Assembly (NCBI GenBank): GCA_016181585.1
Contig: JACOYX010000015.1
Span: 8,152 to 72,151, forward strand
Reading direction: 5' to 3'
Origin: Candidatus Sungiibacteriota bacterium
GTDB lineage: Bacteria; Patescibacteriota; Minisyncoccia; Sungbacterales; HO2-52-23
Length of the DNA: 64,000 nt
In this document: piece after piece, positions 46,473 through 55,639 of the stretch
Position numbering within the stretch: position 1 is the stretch's first letter
How the letters are laid out: the number at the start of each line of letters is the position of its first letter
Notes under the pieces: model-generated
What the model was told of the DNA's origin: nothing
What the model saw: the letters and a program-made list of their open reading frames with translations, nothing else
Database searches by the model: none
Position numbers and translations under genes: made by a program

Positions 46473-47588
46473 ATGGCAAAAGACTACTACAAAGTCCTCG
46501 GTGTGCCGCGCAATGCGACCAAAGAGGAAATAAAAAAGTCCTATCGCATGCTTGCGCATAAATTCCATCCGGACAAAGGAGGCAATGAGGCTCAGTTTAA
46601 AGAAATCAACGAAGCGTACCAAGTGCTTTCGGACGAAAAAAAACGCGCTCAATACGATCAATTTGGACAAGTTTTTGAGGGTGCGGCGGGACAACAGCAC
46701 GCGGGTGCCGGCGGGTTCGAATGGCCGGGCGGCATTAAGTTTGATTTTGGCGAGGGTGGCGCCGGCGGCAGGAATTTTGCCGACTTTGACCTCTCGGATC
46801 TTTTTGAAGATTTTTTCAGCGGTGCCGGAGCTGGCGGCAGAGGAGGACGCGCGCGGGAGCGAAAAGGCAAAGATATACAAATGGAACTTGAGATCTCATT
46901 TCAAGAGTCCATTTTTGGGGCAAAAAAAGAAATAGAATTTTCAAAAATCGGCAAATGCGTCCATTGCGGCGGAACCGGAGGTGAGCCGGGTGCTAAAATG
47001 AAAACATGTCCCGCTTGCCAAGGGAAAGGTAATATCCAAAAAACACAGCGCACATTTTTGGGAGCTTTTACGCAGGTCGCCACCTGTCCTGATTGTTTTG
47101 GGAGCGGTAAAAAACCGGAGGAAGTCTGCCGGCAGTGCCGCGGCCGCGGCATCAAAGAAATGCGCGAGCGCCTGGAAATTTATGTCCCGAAAGGCATTCG
47201 CGACGGGGAAGTTTTAAAACTTACCGGAAAGGGCGAGGTATCTTTTGCCGGGAGCGTTCCGGGGGATTTGTTTATAAAAATCCGCGTGCTTCCGCATCCT
47301 GTGTTTCGCCGGCAGGGGGATGATATTGTGATGCGCCTTCCGATAAAGCTTTCACAGGCGATTCTTGGAGATACGATGACGCTTGATACGCTTGATGGGA
47401 CATTAAAAATAAAAATTCCCGAAGGCACGCAGTCGGGAGATGTTTTGAAAGTGCGCGGCAAAGGAGCTTATGCTGTATCCGGTTACGGCCGCGGGGATTT
47501 GCTGATTGAAACCAACGTCGAGATCCCGAAAAAACTTTCTAGAAAAACCAAGGAGACTGTGGAGGAACTGAAAAAAGAAGGGTTTTAG
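46473..47588 (+). CDS. dnaJ: co-chaperone DnaJ
   Basis: J domain with HPD, G/F region, four CxxCxGxG repeats. Confidence 0.95.
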   Translation: MAKDYYKVLGVPRNATKEEIKKSYRMLAHKFHPDKGGNEAQFKEINEAYQVLSDEKKRAQYDQFGQVFEGAAGQQHAGAGGFEWPGGIKFDFGEGGAGGRNFADFDLSDLFEDFFSGAGAGGRGGRARERKGKDIQMELEISFQESIFGAKKEIEFSKIGKCVHCGGTGGEPGAKMKTCPACQGKGNIQKTQRTFLGAFTQVATCPDCFGSGKKPEEVCRQCRGRGIKEMRERLEIYVPKGIRDGEVLKLTGKGEVSFAGSVPGDLFIKIRVLPHPVFRRQGDDIVMRLPIKLSQAILGDTMTLDTLDGTLKIKIPEGTQSGDVLKVRGKGAYAVSGYGRGDLLIETNVEIPKKLSRKTKETVEELKKEGF

Positions 47589-47607
47589 GGATAGTTTTGG
47601 ATATATT

Positions 47608-47838
47608 GGATATATCTTTTGAAGACACGTTCGGCCGCTTCCATCGGCGTCCTCGTGAACTTAAGCGCGGCGTCCCGATTTTCCTTTATAAATTTATTTA
47701 ATGGATATCTGGAACCAATGTTTCGTCTTTCGACGGACGAACCCCCGGGAAGTTTTAAGCGCTTCGCTAAACTTCACGCTCGAGCCAAGCAGTTGGCTCA
47801 AGCCCGCGCTTCCAAATTGTCTTCAAAAGATATAATCC
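47608..47838. repeat. F5 element with a nested ~170-nt insertion
   Basis: 20-nt inverted repeat GGATATATCTTTTGAAGACA / TGTCTTCAAAAGATATAATCC. The F5 core is split: ACGTTCGGCCGCTTCC (47628-47642) ... GCGCTTCCAAATTGTCTTC (47806-47824). Confidence 0.6.
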
Positions 47839-47881
47839 CAAACTCTCAAGTTTTTTTTCGATGATGGATTGATTGAAGCAC

Positions 47882-47930
47882 AAAAACGCTTCGTCCGCTT
47901 TGCGGATAGAGGCGTTTTTTCTTTTTCTTT
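47882..47930 (+). terminator. intrinsic terminator about 300 nt after dnaJ
   Basis: AAAAACGC..TCCGC-TTT-GCGGA..GCGTTTTTTCTTTTTCTTT. Confidence 0.65.
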
Positions 47931-47994
47931 CCACGTCGCTCGGATTTTATTTCTTTTTGAGCATGTCTTGACATAATTACCCACTAAACTTATA

Positions 47995-48221
47995 AGACCC
48001 TGTTCAACATCTTTCTTCCAGAGACATTTTAGTGATATTTTGAGCCACGCTAGAAATATAATGATTTCTAACGGAGTGAGCGAAAAACCTGAAGACCGGC
48101 GAGGCGTAGCGAATAGCTACGCTGAGGATGTCTGAAGGTTTTGCAGCTGAATTAGCAAATTCATGACTTGGTCCAAAATAGCACAAAATGGAGTCGGGAG
48201 AAGAGATGTTGAACAGGGTCT
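47995..48221. repeat. 227-bp element with 18-26-bp terminal inverted repeats (F1-like ends)
   Basis: AGACCCTGTTCAACATCTTTCTTCC ... GGAGAAGAGATGTTGAACAGGGTCT. No credible ORF inside. Confidence 0.75.
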
Positions 48222-48242
48222 AAGGTTCGGCCTCGTAAGTTT

Positions 48243-49571
48243 TTATTTTGCTCGATAGCTCATTTCCCGCAACTTGTGGTGGTATTTTTTAGCGAATCGG
48301 TGGGATTCGTTGCGGACGTGCTCGAGAAAAAATTCCGCATCACGTGGAAGGGTGCGGAGCAAAATTGGTTCGGCGCGACAGGGTGTGTAGAGTTCTTCTT
48401 CGCGTTTTGCGAGTCCCACAATCATAATTTCTTTGGCAACGCCAAGCTCTTTTTGAGCGGTGTTTAGTGCTGAAAGCGCCACGCTGAGCTGTGGTTTTCC
48501 TCCGTCTATCAATATTACATCAGGATACTGCCATTCAGGATGCTGGAGACGGCGTTGAAGCACTTCCTGCATCATGGCAGAGTCATTTGGACCTAAGACT
48601 GTTTTAATTTTAAATTTTCGATACTCTGATTTTTTTGGATACCCGTTTACAAATACCACCATCGAACCGGTAGCTTCGGTGCCGGAAATATTGGATATAT
48701 CGTAGCCCTCCACACGCTTCAGGGTATTTGCGGTTTCGAGCGCCGTTTGAAGTGTTTTTTCGATATGAGCCCAGTTTCGTTTTGTGCGAAGAACTTTTTG
48801 CCGGTCAAGAGTGGTCGTATGCAAAAAGATATTTTTAAGTCCTTCAATTTGATTGCGCCGGAGCGCCGCTTTTTCAAACTGTTGGTTTTTTGCCGCTTCT
48901 TTCATTTCTTTTTTTAATTGTACAATGATTCGTTTTTTCTTGCCATTGAGTATTCCAATAATATCTTGGATATTCTTTTTATATTCCTCTTTTTTAATTT
49001 CCCACTCATGATTCATGATTCGTGATTCGTTATTCATGAATATACAGCAGTATCCAAGGCATCGGCCGATCTCGGTATTAAGGCAGGGACGCTTATGCGG
49101 CTTGAAACATGTGCAATAAGGAAAAATTTTGCGTAAAAAATGCAATACGGATTTTAATGCGGCGCCGCTGGTAAAAGGGCCGATGTGGTAAGCGATGGTT
49201 TTTGAGCTCCTGGCGGTTTGTTTTTGCGTAAACGAGCTATGGGTGATAAAAATTTTTGGAAATGCTTCGCGGGTGATGGCGGCATAAAAATAGCTCTTGT
49301 CGTCCCGAAGGACAATGTTGTACTTTGGGATATGATTTTTGATGTATTCAGCTTCCTTTATAAGTGCGTCTATTTCCGATTCCAATTCGCGCCATTCGAC
49401 ACGATCCGCTTCTGCAAGAAGCGATGTGACTTTTGTTCCGGCATTTTTCCGCCAATAGCTCGACAAGCGGCTCCGGAGATCGCGTGCTTTCCCGACATAT
49501 AGCATGTTTATACCCTTTTTAAAAAAATATATGCCTGGAGTATGGGGAATTTGTTCTGGTTTTTTCAGCAT
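48243..49571 (-). CDS. uvrC: excinuclease subunit UvrC, short form lacking C-terminal (HhH)2
   Basis: GIY-YIG (PGIYFF..YVGKA), UVR helix (FEKAALRRNQIEGL), RNase-H-like endonuclease (EGYDISN). 442 aa. Confidence 0.9.
   Translation of the reverse strand: MLKKPEQIPHTPGIYFFKKGINMLYVGKARDLRSRLSSYWRKNAGTKVTSLLAEADRVEWRELESEIDALIKEAEYIKNHIPKYNIVLRDDKSYFYAAITREAFPKIFITHSSFTQKQTARSSKTIAYHIGPFTSGAALKSVLHFLRKIFPYCTCFKPHKRPCLNTEIGRCLGYCCIFMNNESRIMNHEWEIKKEEYKKNIQDIIGILNGKKKRIIVQLKKEMKEAAKNQQFEKAALRRNQIEGLKNIFLHTTTLDRQKVLRTKRNWAHIEKTLQTALETANTLKRVEGYDISNISGTEATGSMVVFVNGYPKKSEYRKFKIKTVLGPNDSAMMQEVLQRRLQHPEWQYPDVILIDGGKPQLSVALSALNTAQKELGVAKEIMIVGLAKREEELYTPCRAEPILLRTLPRDAEFFLEHVRNESHRFAKKYHHKLREMSYRAK
49007..49040. 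repeat. F3 half-element inside the uvrC CDS
   Basis: CATGATTCATGATTCGTGATTCGTTATTCATGAA matches the dnaK-leader arm (about 25/30). Encodes FMNNESRIMNHE on the minus strand. Confidence 0.6.
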
Positions 49572-49627
49572 ATATTAATAGTATGTCAATACTCACCTAA
49601 TGACAAATCTCTAATTTTGATGTATAC

Positions 49628-49737
49628 TTTACCCCGTTAGAGATTTATATAGTACTAAACCAGTTTAAGAAAAAACCGACGTTATGCATTTATACCGCTA
49701 AGGTTTTTTCTTTCCATATCCCTAACGTGGTTTACGC
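49628..49737. repeat. F4 110-nt element, intergenic copy
   Basis: TTTACCCCGTTAGA ... CTAACGTGGTTTACGC with shared central AAAAAACCGA. Ends 2 nt before the uvrA ATG. Confidence 0.7.
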
Positions 49738-49739
49738 TT

Positions 49740-52652
49740 ATGAAGGCTTCAAAAACCCAGCAATACATATCGATCAAGGGTGCGCGGGTGCATAATCTGA
49801 AAAATATCAGTGTTGATATTCCGAAGCATAAGCTTGTGGTGATCACCGGGCTTTCCGGTTCCGGAAAATCTTCATTGGCGTTTGATACGATTTATGCTGA
49901 GGCGGAGCGGCGGTTTGTGGAATCACTGTCTTCCTATGCGCGCCAGTTTCTTGGGGTGAAAGATAAGCCGGATGTGGATTCGATTGACGGACTTTCGCCG
50001 GCGATTTCCATAGACCAGAAATCTATTTCCAAAAACCCGCGTTCAACCGTGGGAACCATTACGGAGATTTATGATTATCTCCGGATTTTATTTGCACGGG
50101 TGGGGAAGCCGTATTGTCCGAATTGCGGAAAAGCGGTGGGAAAGCAGACTGCGGATCAGATGGTAAGCGCAATTGAAAAAGTAAAAACAAAAAATGAAGT
50201 TTTAATATTGGCACCGATGGTGCGCGGAAAAAAAGGGGAGCACCACGGCATTTTGGAAGAAGTACAGCGTGCGGGATTTTTGCGCGTGCGCATCGACGGA
50301 GATATCCGCACGCTCGAGGATGCGCTTCAGGCGGTGCTCGATAAAAAGAAACAGCATTCCATCGAAGTGGTGGTTGATCGATTTTTTCTTGATGCAGATC
50401 TTGAGCGGAGCCGTATTCTGGATTCGGTGGAAAGCGCTTTAAAAATCGGCAAAGGTATTTTGATTGTGGCGAGCCGCAAAAACAGCCGCCCGCATGATGA
50501 AGACAAAATGGCGCAGGAACTTGCAGGAGATATTGTGTTTTCCGAGCACTTCGCTTGTTCCGACTGCGGCATCAATTTTCCTGCCATAGAACCGCGGACA
50601 TTTAGTTTTAATAGTCCCTATGGCGCATGTCCTGCTTGTACCGGGTTGGGTTCGACGCTTGAAGTTGATCCCGAGCTTGTATTTCCCAATAAGCGATTGA
50701 GTATTGCGGAAGGCGCGATTCGCCCGTGGGCCGCGGCGTCGCACCGGGTGGGACGGCAAAGTTGGTATTGGTGGATTTTATCCGATCTTGCGGAACGGCA
50801 TGGCTTTTCGCTTAATACGCAGCTTGAAAAACTTCCGCCTGAGGTGCTCAATCTTTTGCTCTATGGAGAAGGAAAAAAACAGGAAGGAGACAAGCGATCG
50901 GAGATTTTCGAAGGCATTGTATCGAATTTGAAACGCCGTTGGAAAGAAACCGACTCTGAATTTACGCGAGCGGAGATAGAAAGATATATGCTCGTCAAAG
51001 CATGCGAACTTTGCGGTGGCAAGCGCCTGCGAAGCGAGGCGCTGGCAGTGAAAATTGCAGGGAAATCCATTGCCAATGTTGCCGCGCTTCCTGTGGGAGA
51101 TGCTATTCCATTGTTTAAAAGCATCACGGGAGCCGGACAGACTACTTTTTCCGCCAATGAATTGAAAGTCGTGGCTCCGCTCATAAAAGAAATCGAGAAA
51201 CGGCTTGAATTTTTAAATGATGTAGGACTCGATTACTTGACGCTTGACCGCGAATCAACAACTCTTGCTGGCGGCGAGGCACAGCGGATACAGCTTGCAA
51301 CACAGATAGGCTCGCGCCTCACCGGCATTATTTATATTCTCGATGAGCCTTCGATCGGGTTGCACCCGCGCGACCACTCGCGGCTGATTAAGACGATTAA
51401 AGATCTCCGCGACCTCGGCAATTCCGTGGTGATGGTAGAGCACGATGCGGAAACCATGAGCGAGGCGGACTGGATTATCGACTTGGGGCCCGGAGCGGGG
51501 AAACATGGCGGTAAAGTGATATTCTCGGGAACGCCGAAACGGATTTTTAAGGCAAAGACCCTTACCGGCGATTATTTGTCCGGAAAAAAACACATCAAAC
51601 GCCCACTTGGAAGCTTAGCTTCCAAGTGGGAAAAAGGGGAGAAAAAATATCTTGTCATAATCGGCGCCAAGGAACATAACTTAAAAAATATCGACATAAA
51701 AATTCCGCTTGGGAAATTGGTTTGCATATCGGGGGTTTCCGGCTCCGGGAAATCGACGCTAATCAATGATATTCTCGCCAAAGCTTTGCTGGCGAAATTT
51801 TATAAAGCGCATCTCTTCCCAGGAGCTCACAAAGAAATTCTAGGAACGGAGTATCTTGATAAAGTGGTAGTGGTGGATCAGTCGCCCATCGGCAGAACGC
51901 CGCGTTCAAATCCGGTTACTTATACGGGCGCGTTCCAATTTATCCGTTCTCTCTTTGCGCAAACGCCCGAAGCGCGGGTGCGAGGATACGAAGCCGGAAG
52001 ATTTAGCTTTAATGTAAAAGGCGGTCGGTGCGAAGTTTGCGAAGGACAGGGAACAAAAAAAATAGAGATGTATTTTTTGCCGGATGTGTATGTAGAATGT
52101 GAAGAATGCCGCGGCCGGCGCTACAATCGCGAGGCGCTGGAAATTGAATATAATGGAAAAAATATTGCGGAAGTCCTTGAATTGTCGGTGGAAGAGGGGG
52201 TCGCATTTTTTTACGCAATCCCTTCCATCCATGCAAAGCTCGAAACTTTGCAGAAGGTGGGTCTTGGGTATGTGAAGCTGGGACAGCCGGCGCCCACGCT
52301 TTCCGGCGGGGAGGCGCAACGCGTAAAACTTGCCGCCGAGCTTTCGCGCCGTGACACCGGTGATACATTATATATACTTGATGAGCCGACTACGGGACTT
52401 CATTTCGAAGATGTGCAAAAACTTCTTCTGGTGCTGGACGCGTTGGTGCAGAAGGGGAATACGGTTCTTGTTATCGAGCATAATCTCGATATGCTTCGCA
52501 ATGCGGACTGGATTATTGATTTGGGGCCTGAAGGAGGCGCCAAGGGCGGTGAGCTTGTTGCCGAAGGAACTCCGGAAGATATATCAAAAGTGAAGCGGTC
52601 GTATACGGGACAGTGGCTGAAGATTAGGAAATTATCAGATTTAAGCCGATGA
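49740..52652 (+). CDS. uvrA: excinuclease subunit UvrA
   Basis: Two ABC modules ([18 protein letters not shown]), Zn modules, LSGGEAQR twice. Confidence 0.97.
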   Translation: MKASKTQQYISIKGARVHNLKNISVDIPKHKLVVITGLSGSGKSSLAFDTIYAEAERRFVESLSSYARQFLGVKDKPDVDSIDGLSPAISIDQKSISKNPRSTVGTITEIYDYLRILFARVGKPYCPNCGKAVGKQTADQMVSAIEKVKTKNEVLILAPMVRGKKGEHHGILEEVQRAGFLRVRIDGDIRTLEDALQAVLDKKKQHSIEVVVDRFFLDADLERSRILDSVESALKIGKGILIVASRKNSRPHDEDKMAQELAGDIVFSEHFACSDCGINFPAIEPRTFSFNSPYGACPACTGLGSTLEVDPELVFPNKRLSIAEGAIRPWAAASHRVGRQSWYWWILSDLAERHGFSLNTQLEKLPPEVLNLLLYGEGKKQEGDKRSEIFEGIVSNLKRRWKETDSEFTRAEIERYMLVKACELCGGKRLRSEALAVKIAGKSIANVAALPVGDAIPLFKSITGAGQTTFSANELKVVAPLIKEIEKRLEFLNDVGLDYLTLDRESTTLAGGEAQRIQLATQIGSRLTGIIYILDEPSIGLHPRDHSRLIKTIKDLRDLGNSVVMVEHDAETMSEADWIIDLGPGAGKHGGKVIFSGTPKRIFKAKTLTGDYLSGKKHIKRPLGSLASKWEKGEKKYLVIIGAKEHNLKNIDIKIPLGKLVCISGVSGSGKSTLINDILAKALLAKFYKAHLFPGAHKEILGTEYLDKVVVVDQSPIGRTPRSNPVTYTGAFQFIRSLFAQTPEARVRGYEAGRFSFNVKGGRCEVCEGQGTKKIEMYFLPDVYVECEECRGRRYNREALEIEYNGKNIAEVLELSVEEGVAFFYAIPSIHAKLETLQKVGLGYVKLGQPAPTLSGGEAQRVKLAAELSRRDTGDTLYILDEPTTGLHFEDVQKLLLVLDALVQKGNTVLVIEHNLDMLRNADWIIDLGPEGGAKGGELVAEGTPEDISKVKRSYTGQWLKIRKLSDLSR

Positions 52653-53323
52653 TTGAACAGAAAAAAATAACAGCCGGAATTTTTGCTGTATATAAACCGA
52701 AAGGGCCGACATCGCACGACATTGTGGACGAGGTGCGGCATATTACCGGAGAGAGCAGGGTGGGACATGCGGGCACCCTCGATCCCTTGGCGAGCGGGGT
52801 TTTGGTAATTGGCGTGGGGCGCGAAGCGACACGGAAATTGCAGAAAATAGTAGGAAAAGAAAAAGAATATATTGCAAAAATACGGTTCGGCGTGGAAAGC
52901 GTCACTGATGACGAAGAGGGAGAAAAAACTGAATTCGCCGTCACAGAAATTCCCAAAAGGAAACATATTAATCAGGTTTTAAAGAAGTTTGTCGGAGCTA
53001 TAACACAGGTGCCTCCGGCGTATAGTGCCGTAAAGATCGGCGGCAGGGCGGCATACAAACGCGCCCGAGCCGGACAAAAAACCGAGCTAAAGCCGCGCGA
53101 TGTTTTTGTTAAAAAAATTGTGGTAATGCGCTATGCATGGCCATTCCTTGAAATCCGTGCGGTTACCGGACCTGGGGTATACATTCGCGCACTTGCGCGC
53201 GATATTGGCCGCGCACTGGAGGTAGGCGGATATTTAGCCGAGCTTGAGCGAGTGCGGGTAGGAGAATTTAGAATGCAAAATGCTACAGCACTTGATTTTT
53301 CCGCAAAAACTCGTATACTCTAA
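52649..53323 (+). CDS. truB: tRNA pseudouridine55 synthase TruB, without PUA domain
   Basis: GHAGTLDPLASGVL catalytic Asp motif. 224 aa. Confidence 0.88.
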   Translation: MIEQKKITAGIFAVYKPKGPTSHDIVDEVRHITGESRVGHAGTLDPLASGVLVIGVGREATRKLQKIVGKEKEYIAKIRFGVESVTDDEEGEKTEFAVTEIPKRKHINQVLKKFVGAITQVPPAYSAVKIGGRAAYKRARAGQKTELKPRDVFVKKIVVMRYAWPFLEIRAVTGPGVYIRALARDIGRALEVGGYLAELERVRVGEFRMQNATALDFSAKTRIL

Positions 53324-53326
53324 TTT

Positions 53327-54079
53327 ATGCTGCACATCCAGATAGCCGCTGAAAAAATAACGGAGGTGTTCGGTTTTCCCATTACCAATGCGCTTTTGAC
53401 GAGCTGGGTGGTGTTTGCCGTGCTTACGGCACTGGTATTTTTTTTATACCGCAACATCCGCATGGTGCCTGCAGGAATTCAAAACGTGTTCGAGGCGGCG
53501 ACCGAAGCTTTTTTGGGGCTGATGGAAGGCATGTTTGGTTCGCGCGAAAAAGCGGAGCGCTATTTTCCCCTGATAGCTACAATTTTCTTTTTTGTAGTGA
53601 TTTCCAACTGGCTTGGCATTTTGCCCGGCGTGGGGTCGATTGGGTTTTTTGAGGAGCATGCGGGCGAGCATGGAGAAACTGAACGTCTTTTTGTGCCGCT
53701 TTTTCGCTCGGCGGCAAGCGATCTCAATTTTACGCTGGCGCTTGGTGTGATCGCGGTGCTTTTTGTTAATTTTCTGGGTGCGTCAGAACTTGGAATAGGG
53801 AAGCATTTGGCGAAGTATTTTTCACTTAAAAACCCTATTGACTTTTTTGTCGGCATCCTTGAATTTATTTCAGAATTTGCTAAGATGGTATCGTTTTCGT
53901 TTCGGCTCTTCGGCAACGTATTTGCGGGGGAGGTGCTTCTTGCGATTACCGGTTTTTTGGCGCCATACCTTGTGCCGGTGCCGTTTTTGGGGCTTGAAGT
54001 ATTTGTGGGGTTTATTCAGGCTTTGGTATTTGCAATGCTTACTATGGTGTTTGTGAGTATTGCGGTGAGCCAGCATTAA
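53327..54079 (+). CDS. atpB: F-type ATP synthase subunit a
   Basis: FSFRLFGNVFAGEVLL (essential Arg), 5-6 TM. Confidence 0.9.
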   Translation: MLHIQIAAEKITEVFGFPITNALLTSWVVFAVLTALVFFLYRNIRMVPAGIQNVFEAATEAFLGLMEGMFGSREKAERYFPLIATIFFFVVISNWLGILPGVGSIGFFEEHAGEHGETERLFVPLFRSAASDLNFTLALGVIAVLFVNFLGASELGIGKHLAKYFSLKNPIDFFVGILEFISEFAKMVSFSFRLFGNVFAGEVLLAITGFLAPYLVPVPFLGLEVFVGFIQALVFAMLTMVFVSIAVSQH

Positions 54080-54085
54080 TTTGCT

Positions 54086-54264
54086 TAAAATTAAAAAATC
54101 AAAATGAAAAATGACAATGTAAAATGAAAAATTGACTGCTCTTTGGTCATCCTGAAGGAGCGAAGTGACTTAGGGATACTCTTTAATACAATGAGATCCT
54201 TACGCTAGCTCAGGATGACACTTCGCATCAATTTTCCATTTTTATATTTCATTTTTAATTTATC
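54086..54264. repeat. F2 element between atpB and atpE
   Basis: Arms TTAAAAAATCAAAATGAAAAATGACAATGTAAAATGAAAAATTGA / TCAATTTTCCATTTTTATATTTCATTTTTAATTT. Core inverted repeat GTCATCCTGAAGGAGCG... / ...GCTAGCTCAGGATGAC. Confidence 0.7.
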
Positions 54265-54267
54265 TTT

Positions 54268-54495
54268 ATGGATACAGAATCAATTCGTATGTTAGCGGCA
54301 GGAGGCGTTATGGCATTAGGCGCAATTGCTCCGGCGCTTGCGATTGGCTATATGGCGGCTAAAGGTCTTGAGGCAATGGGAAGAAATCCGGAGGCTTCGA
54401 CCAAGATTCAGACGGCGATGGTGCTTTCGATTGCGTTTGCGGAGGCGATTGCTATTTATGCTTTGGTAGTGGCGTTGATAATTAAGTTTGTTTAG
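54268..54495 (+). CDS. atpE: F-type ATP synthase subunit c
   Basis: 75 aa hairpin, GRNPE loop, carboxylate in AFAEAIAIYALVV. Confidence 0.9.
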   Translation: MDTESIRMLAAGGVMALGAIAPALAIGYMAAKGLEAMGRNPEASTKIQTAMVLSIAFAEAIAIYALVVALIIKFV

Positions 54496-54566
54496 TTTTT
54501 CTTTGATTTAGTATTTCATATTTATCAATTATCAGCTGGGATTGGTGTTGATGAAGGGGATAAGGT

Positions 54567-55082
54567 ATGTCCGAACTTATTCATAATTTTGGAATAGATT
54601 GGAAACTGCTCGCGGCACAGGCGGTGAATTTTTTTGTACTCCTTATTATTTTAAAAAAATTCGCGTACGGTCCGGTATTAACCATACTGCGCCAGCGGCG
54701 GGAGCGTATTGAGCAGGGAATCAGCGATGCAGAAGCGGCTGGAGAGAAACTGCGGGAAAGTGAGCAGGAAAAGGAGCAAATTTTGAAAACGGCGCATGTG
54801 GAGGCGCTTTCTATTGTAAATACCGCGGAAGAAACCGCCAAAAAACACGGAGAAGAGATTATTGTACATGCAAATAAAAAAGTGGAAACAGTTGTTGCGG
54901 ACGCAAAACGGCTCATAGAGGAGGAAAAATCAAAAATGGGCGATGATGTGTTGCGGGGAGGACGCGAGCTTGTTCGGCTCGGCATTGTGAAGGTTTTAGG
55001 AAAGCTTCCGGCGGCGGAACGGGATGAAGTGCTTATCGAAGAAGCGCTTAAAGAACTTAAAACTATTAACGTCAGGCGATGA
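54567..55082 (+). CDS. atpF: F-type ATP synthase subunit b
   Basis: N-terminal TM plus long charged helix; operon position. Confidence 0.8.
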   Translation: MSELIHNFGIDWKLLAAQAVNFFVLLIILKKFAYGPVLTILRQRRERIEQGISDAEAAGEKLRESEQEKEQILKTAHVEALSIVNTAEETAKKHGEEIIVHANKKVETVVADAKRLIEEEKSKMGDDVLRGGRELVRLGIVKVLGKLPAAERDEVLIEEALKELKTINVRR

Positions 55083-55456
55083 AATATACCATTAAGCAAT
55101 ATGCCGAAGCGCTCTACAACGCGCTGGAAAAAAAGAAAGCCAAGGAAGCGGCAGAAATAGGGCGCAGGTTTTTTGCTGTCGTAAGAAAAAATGGCGATTC
55201 GCCGAGGATGGAGCTTATTCTCCGCGAGTTTCATAAGGAATATTTGAAACAAAAAAATCTTCGCGCGGTGAAAATTGAAATGGCATCCGCGGTGCCTGCA
55301 CGGGTGAAGCGGGAAATTAAAAATATTTTAGGCGGAGAGATTATGTTTACGGAGCAGGAAAATTCTTCGCTTGGTGCGGGCATACGGATTACGATTGATG
55401 GGGAAATCTTGATAGACGCCAGTGCCAAAAAACAGCTCGAAAAAATATATGCATAA
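55079..55456 (+). CDS. atpH: F-type ATP synthase subunit delta (OSCP), short 125-aa form
   Basis: C-terminal domain pattern (V.MASAVP...LGAGIRITIDGEILIDAS). The N-domain is only about 55-60 aa. Confidence 0.7.
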   Translation: MKYTIKQYAEALYNALEKKKAKEAAEIGRRFFAVVRKNGDSPRMELILREFHKEYLKQKNLRAVKIEMASAVPARVKREIKNILGGEIMFTEQENSSLGAGIRITIDGEILIDASAKKQLEKIYA

Positions 55457-55462
55457 GTTAAT

Positions 55463-55612
55463 TAGACCTGCTGCTTAATTATTTTCATCGCGAAATTTTC
55501 ATATTTTGAGCGAGTGTTGCAAAAATTTTGAAGCATATATAAGCGGTATATGTTGAGAAATTTTTGCAAAGCCACAGCCAAAATATGAAGATTGCAGTAG
55601 AAAAATAATTAA
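55463..55612. repeat. F1 composite element, 150 bp, between atpH and atpA
   Basis: TAGACCTGCTGCTTAATTATTTTC ... GCAGTAGAAAAATAATTAA. Inner arms ATTTTCATATTTTG / GCCAAAATATGAAGAT and GTTGCAAAAATTTT / GAAATTTTTGCAAAG. Confidence 0.8.
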
Positions 55613-55639
55613 ATTAAAGCGGAAAAAATCGGCCGTGTT

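Noticed and set aside
54581-55252. Long antisense ORFs opposite well-supported genes: 54581..55252 (223 aa), 43578..44282 (234 aa), 17619..18197, 27242..28090 (282 aa), 38883..39767 (294 aa), 40759..41463 (234 aa), 9133..9762, 52400..52966.
   Set aside because: Their S/R/F/C-rich, low-complexity composition is typical of the reverse frame of E/K/A-rich genes. The sense-strand product in each case has clear family motifs or a far more protein-like sequence.
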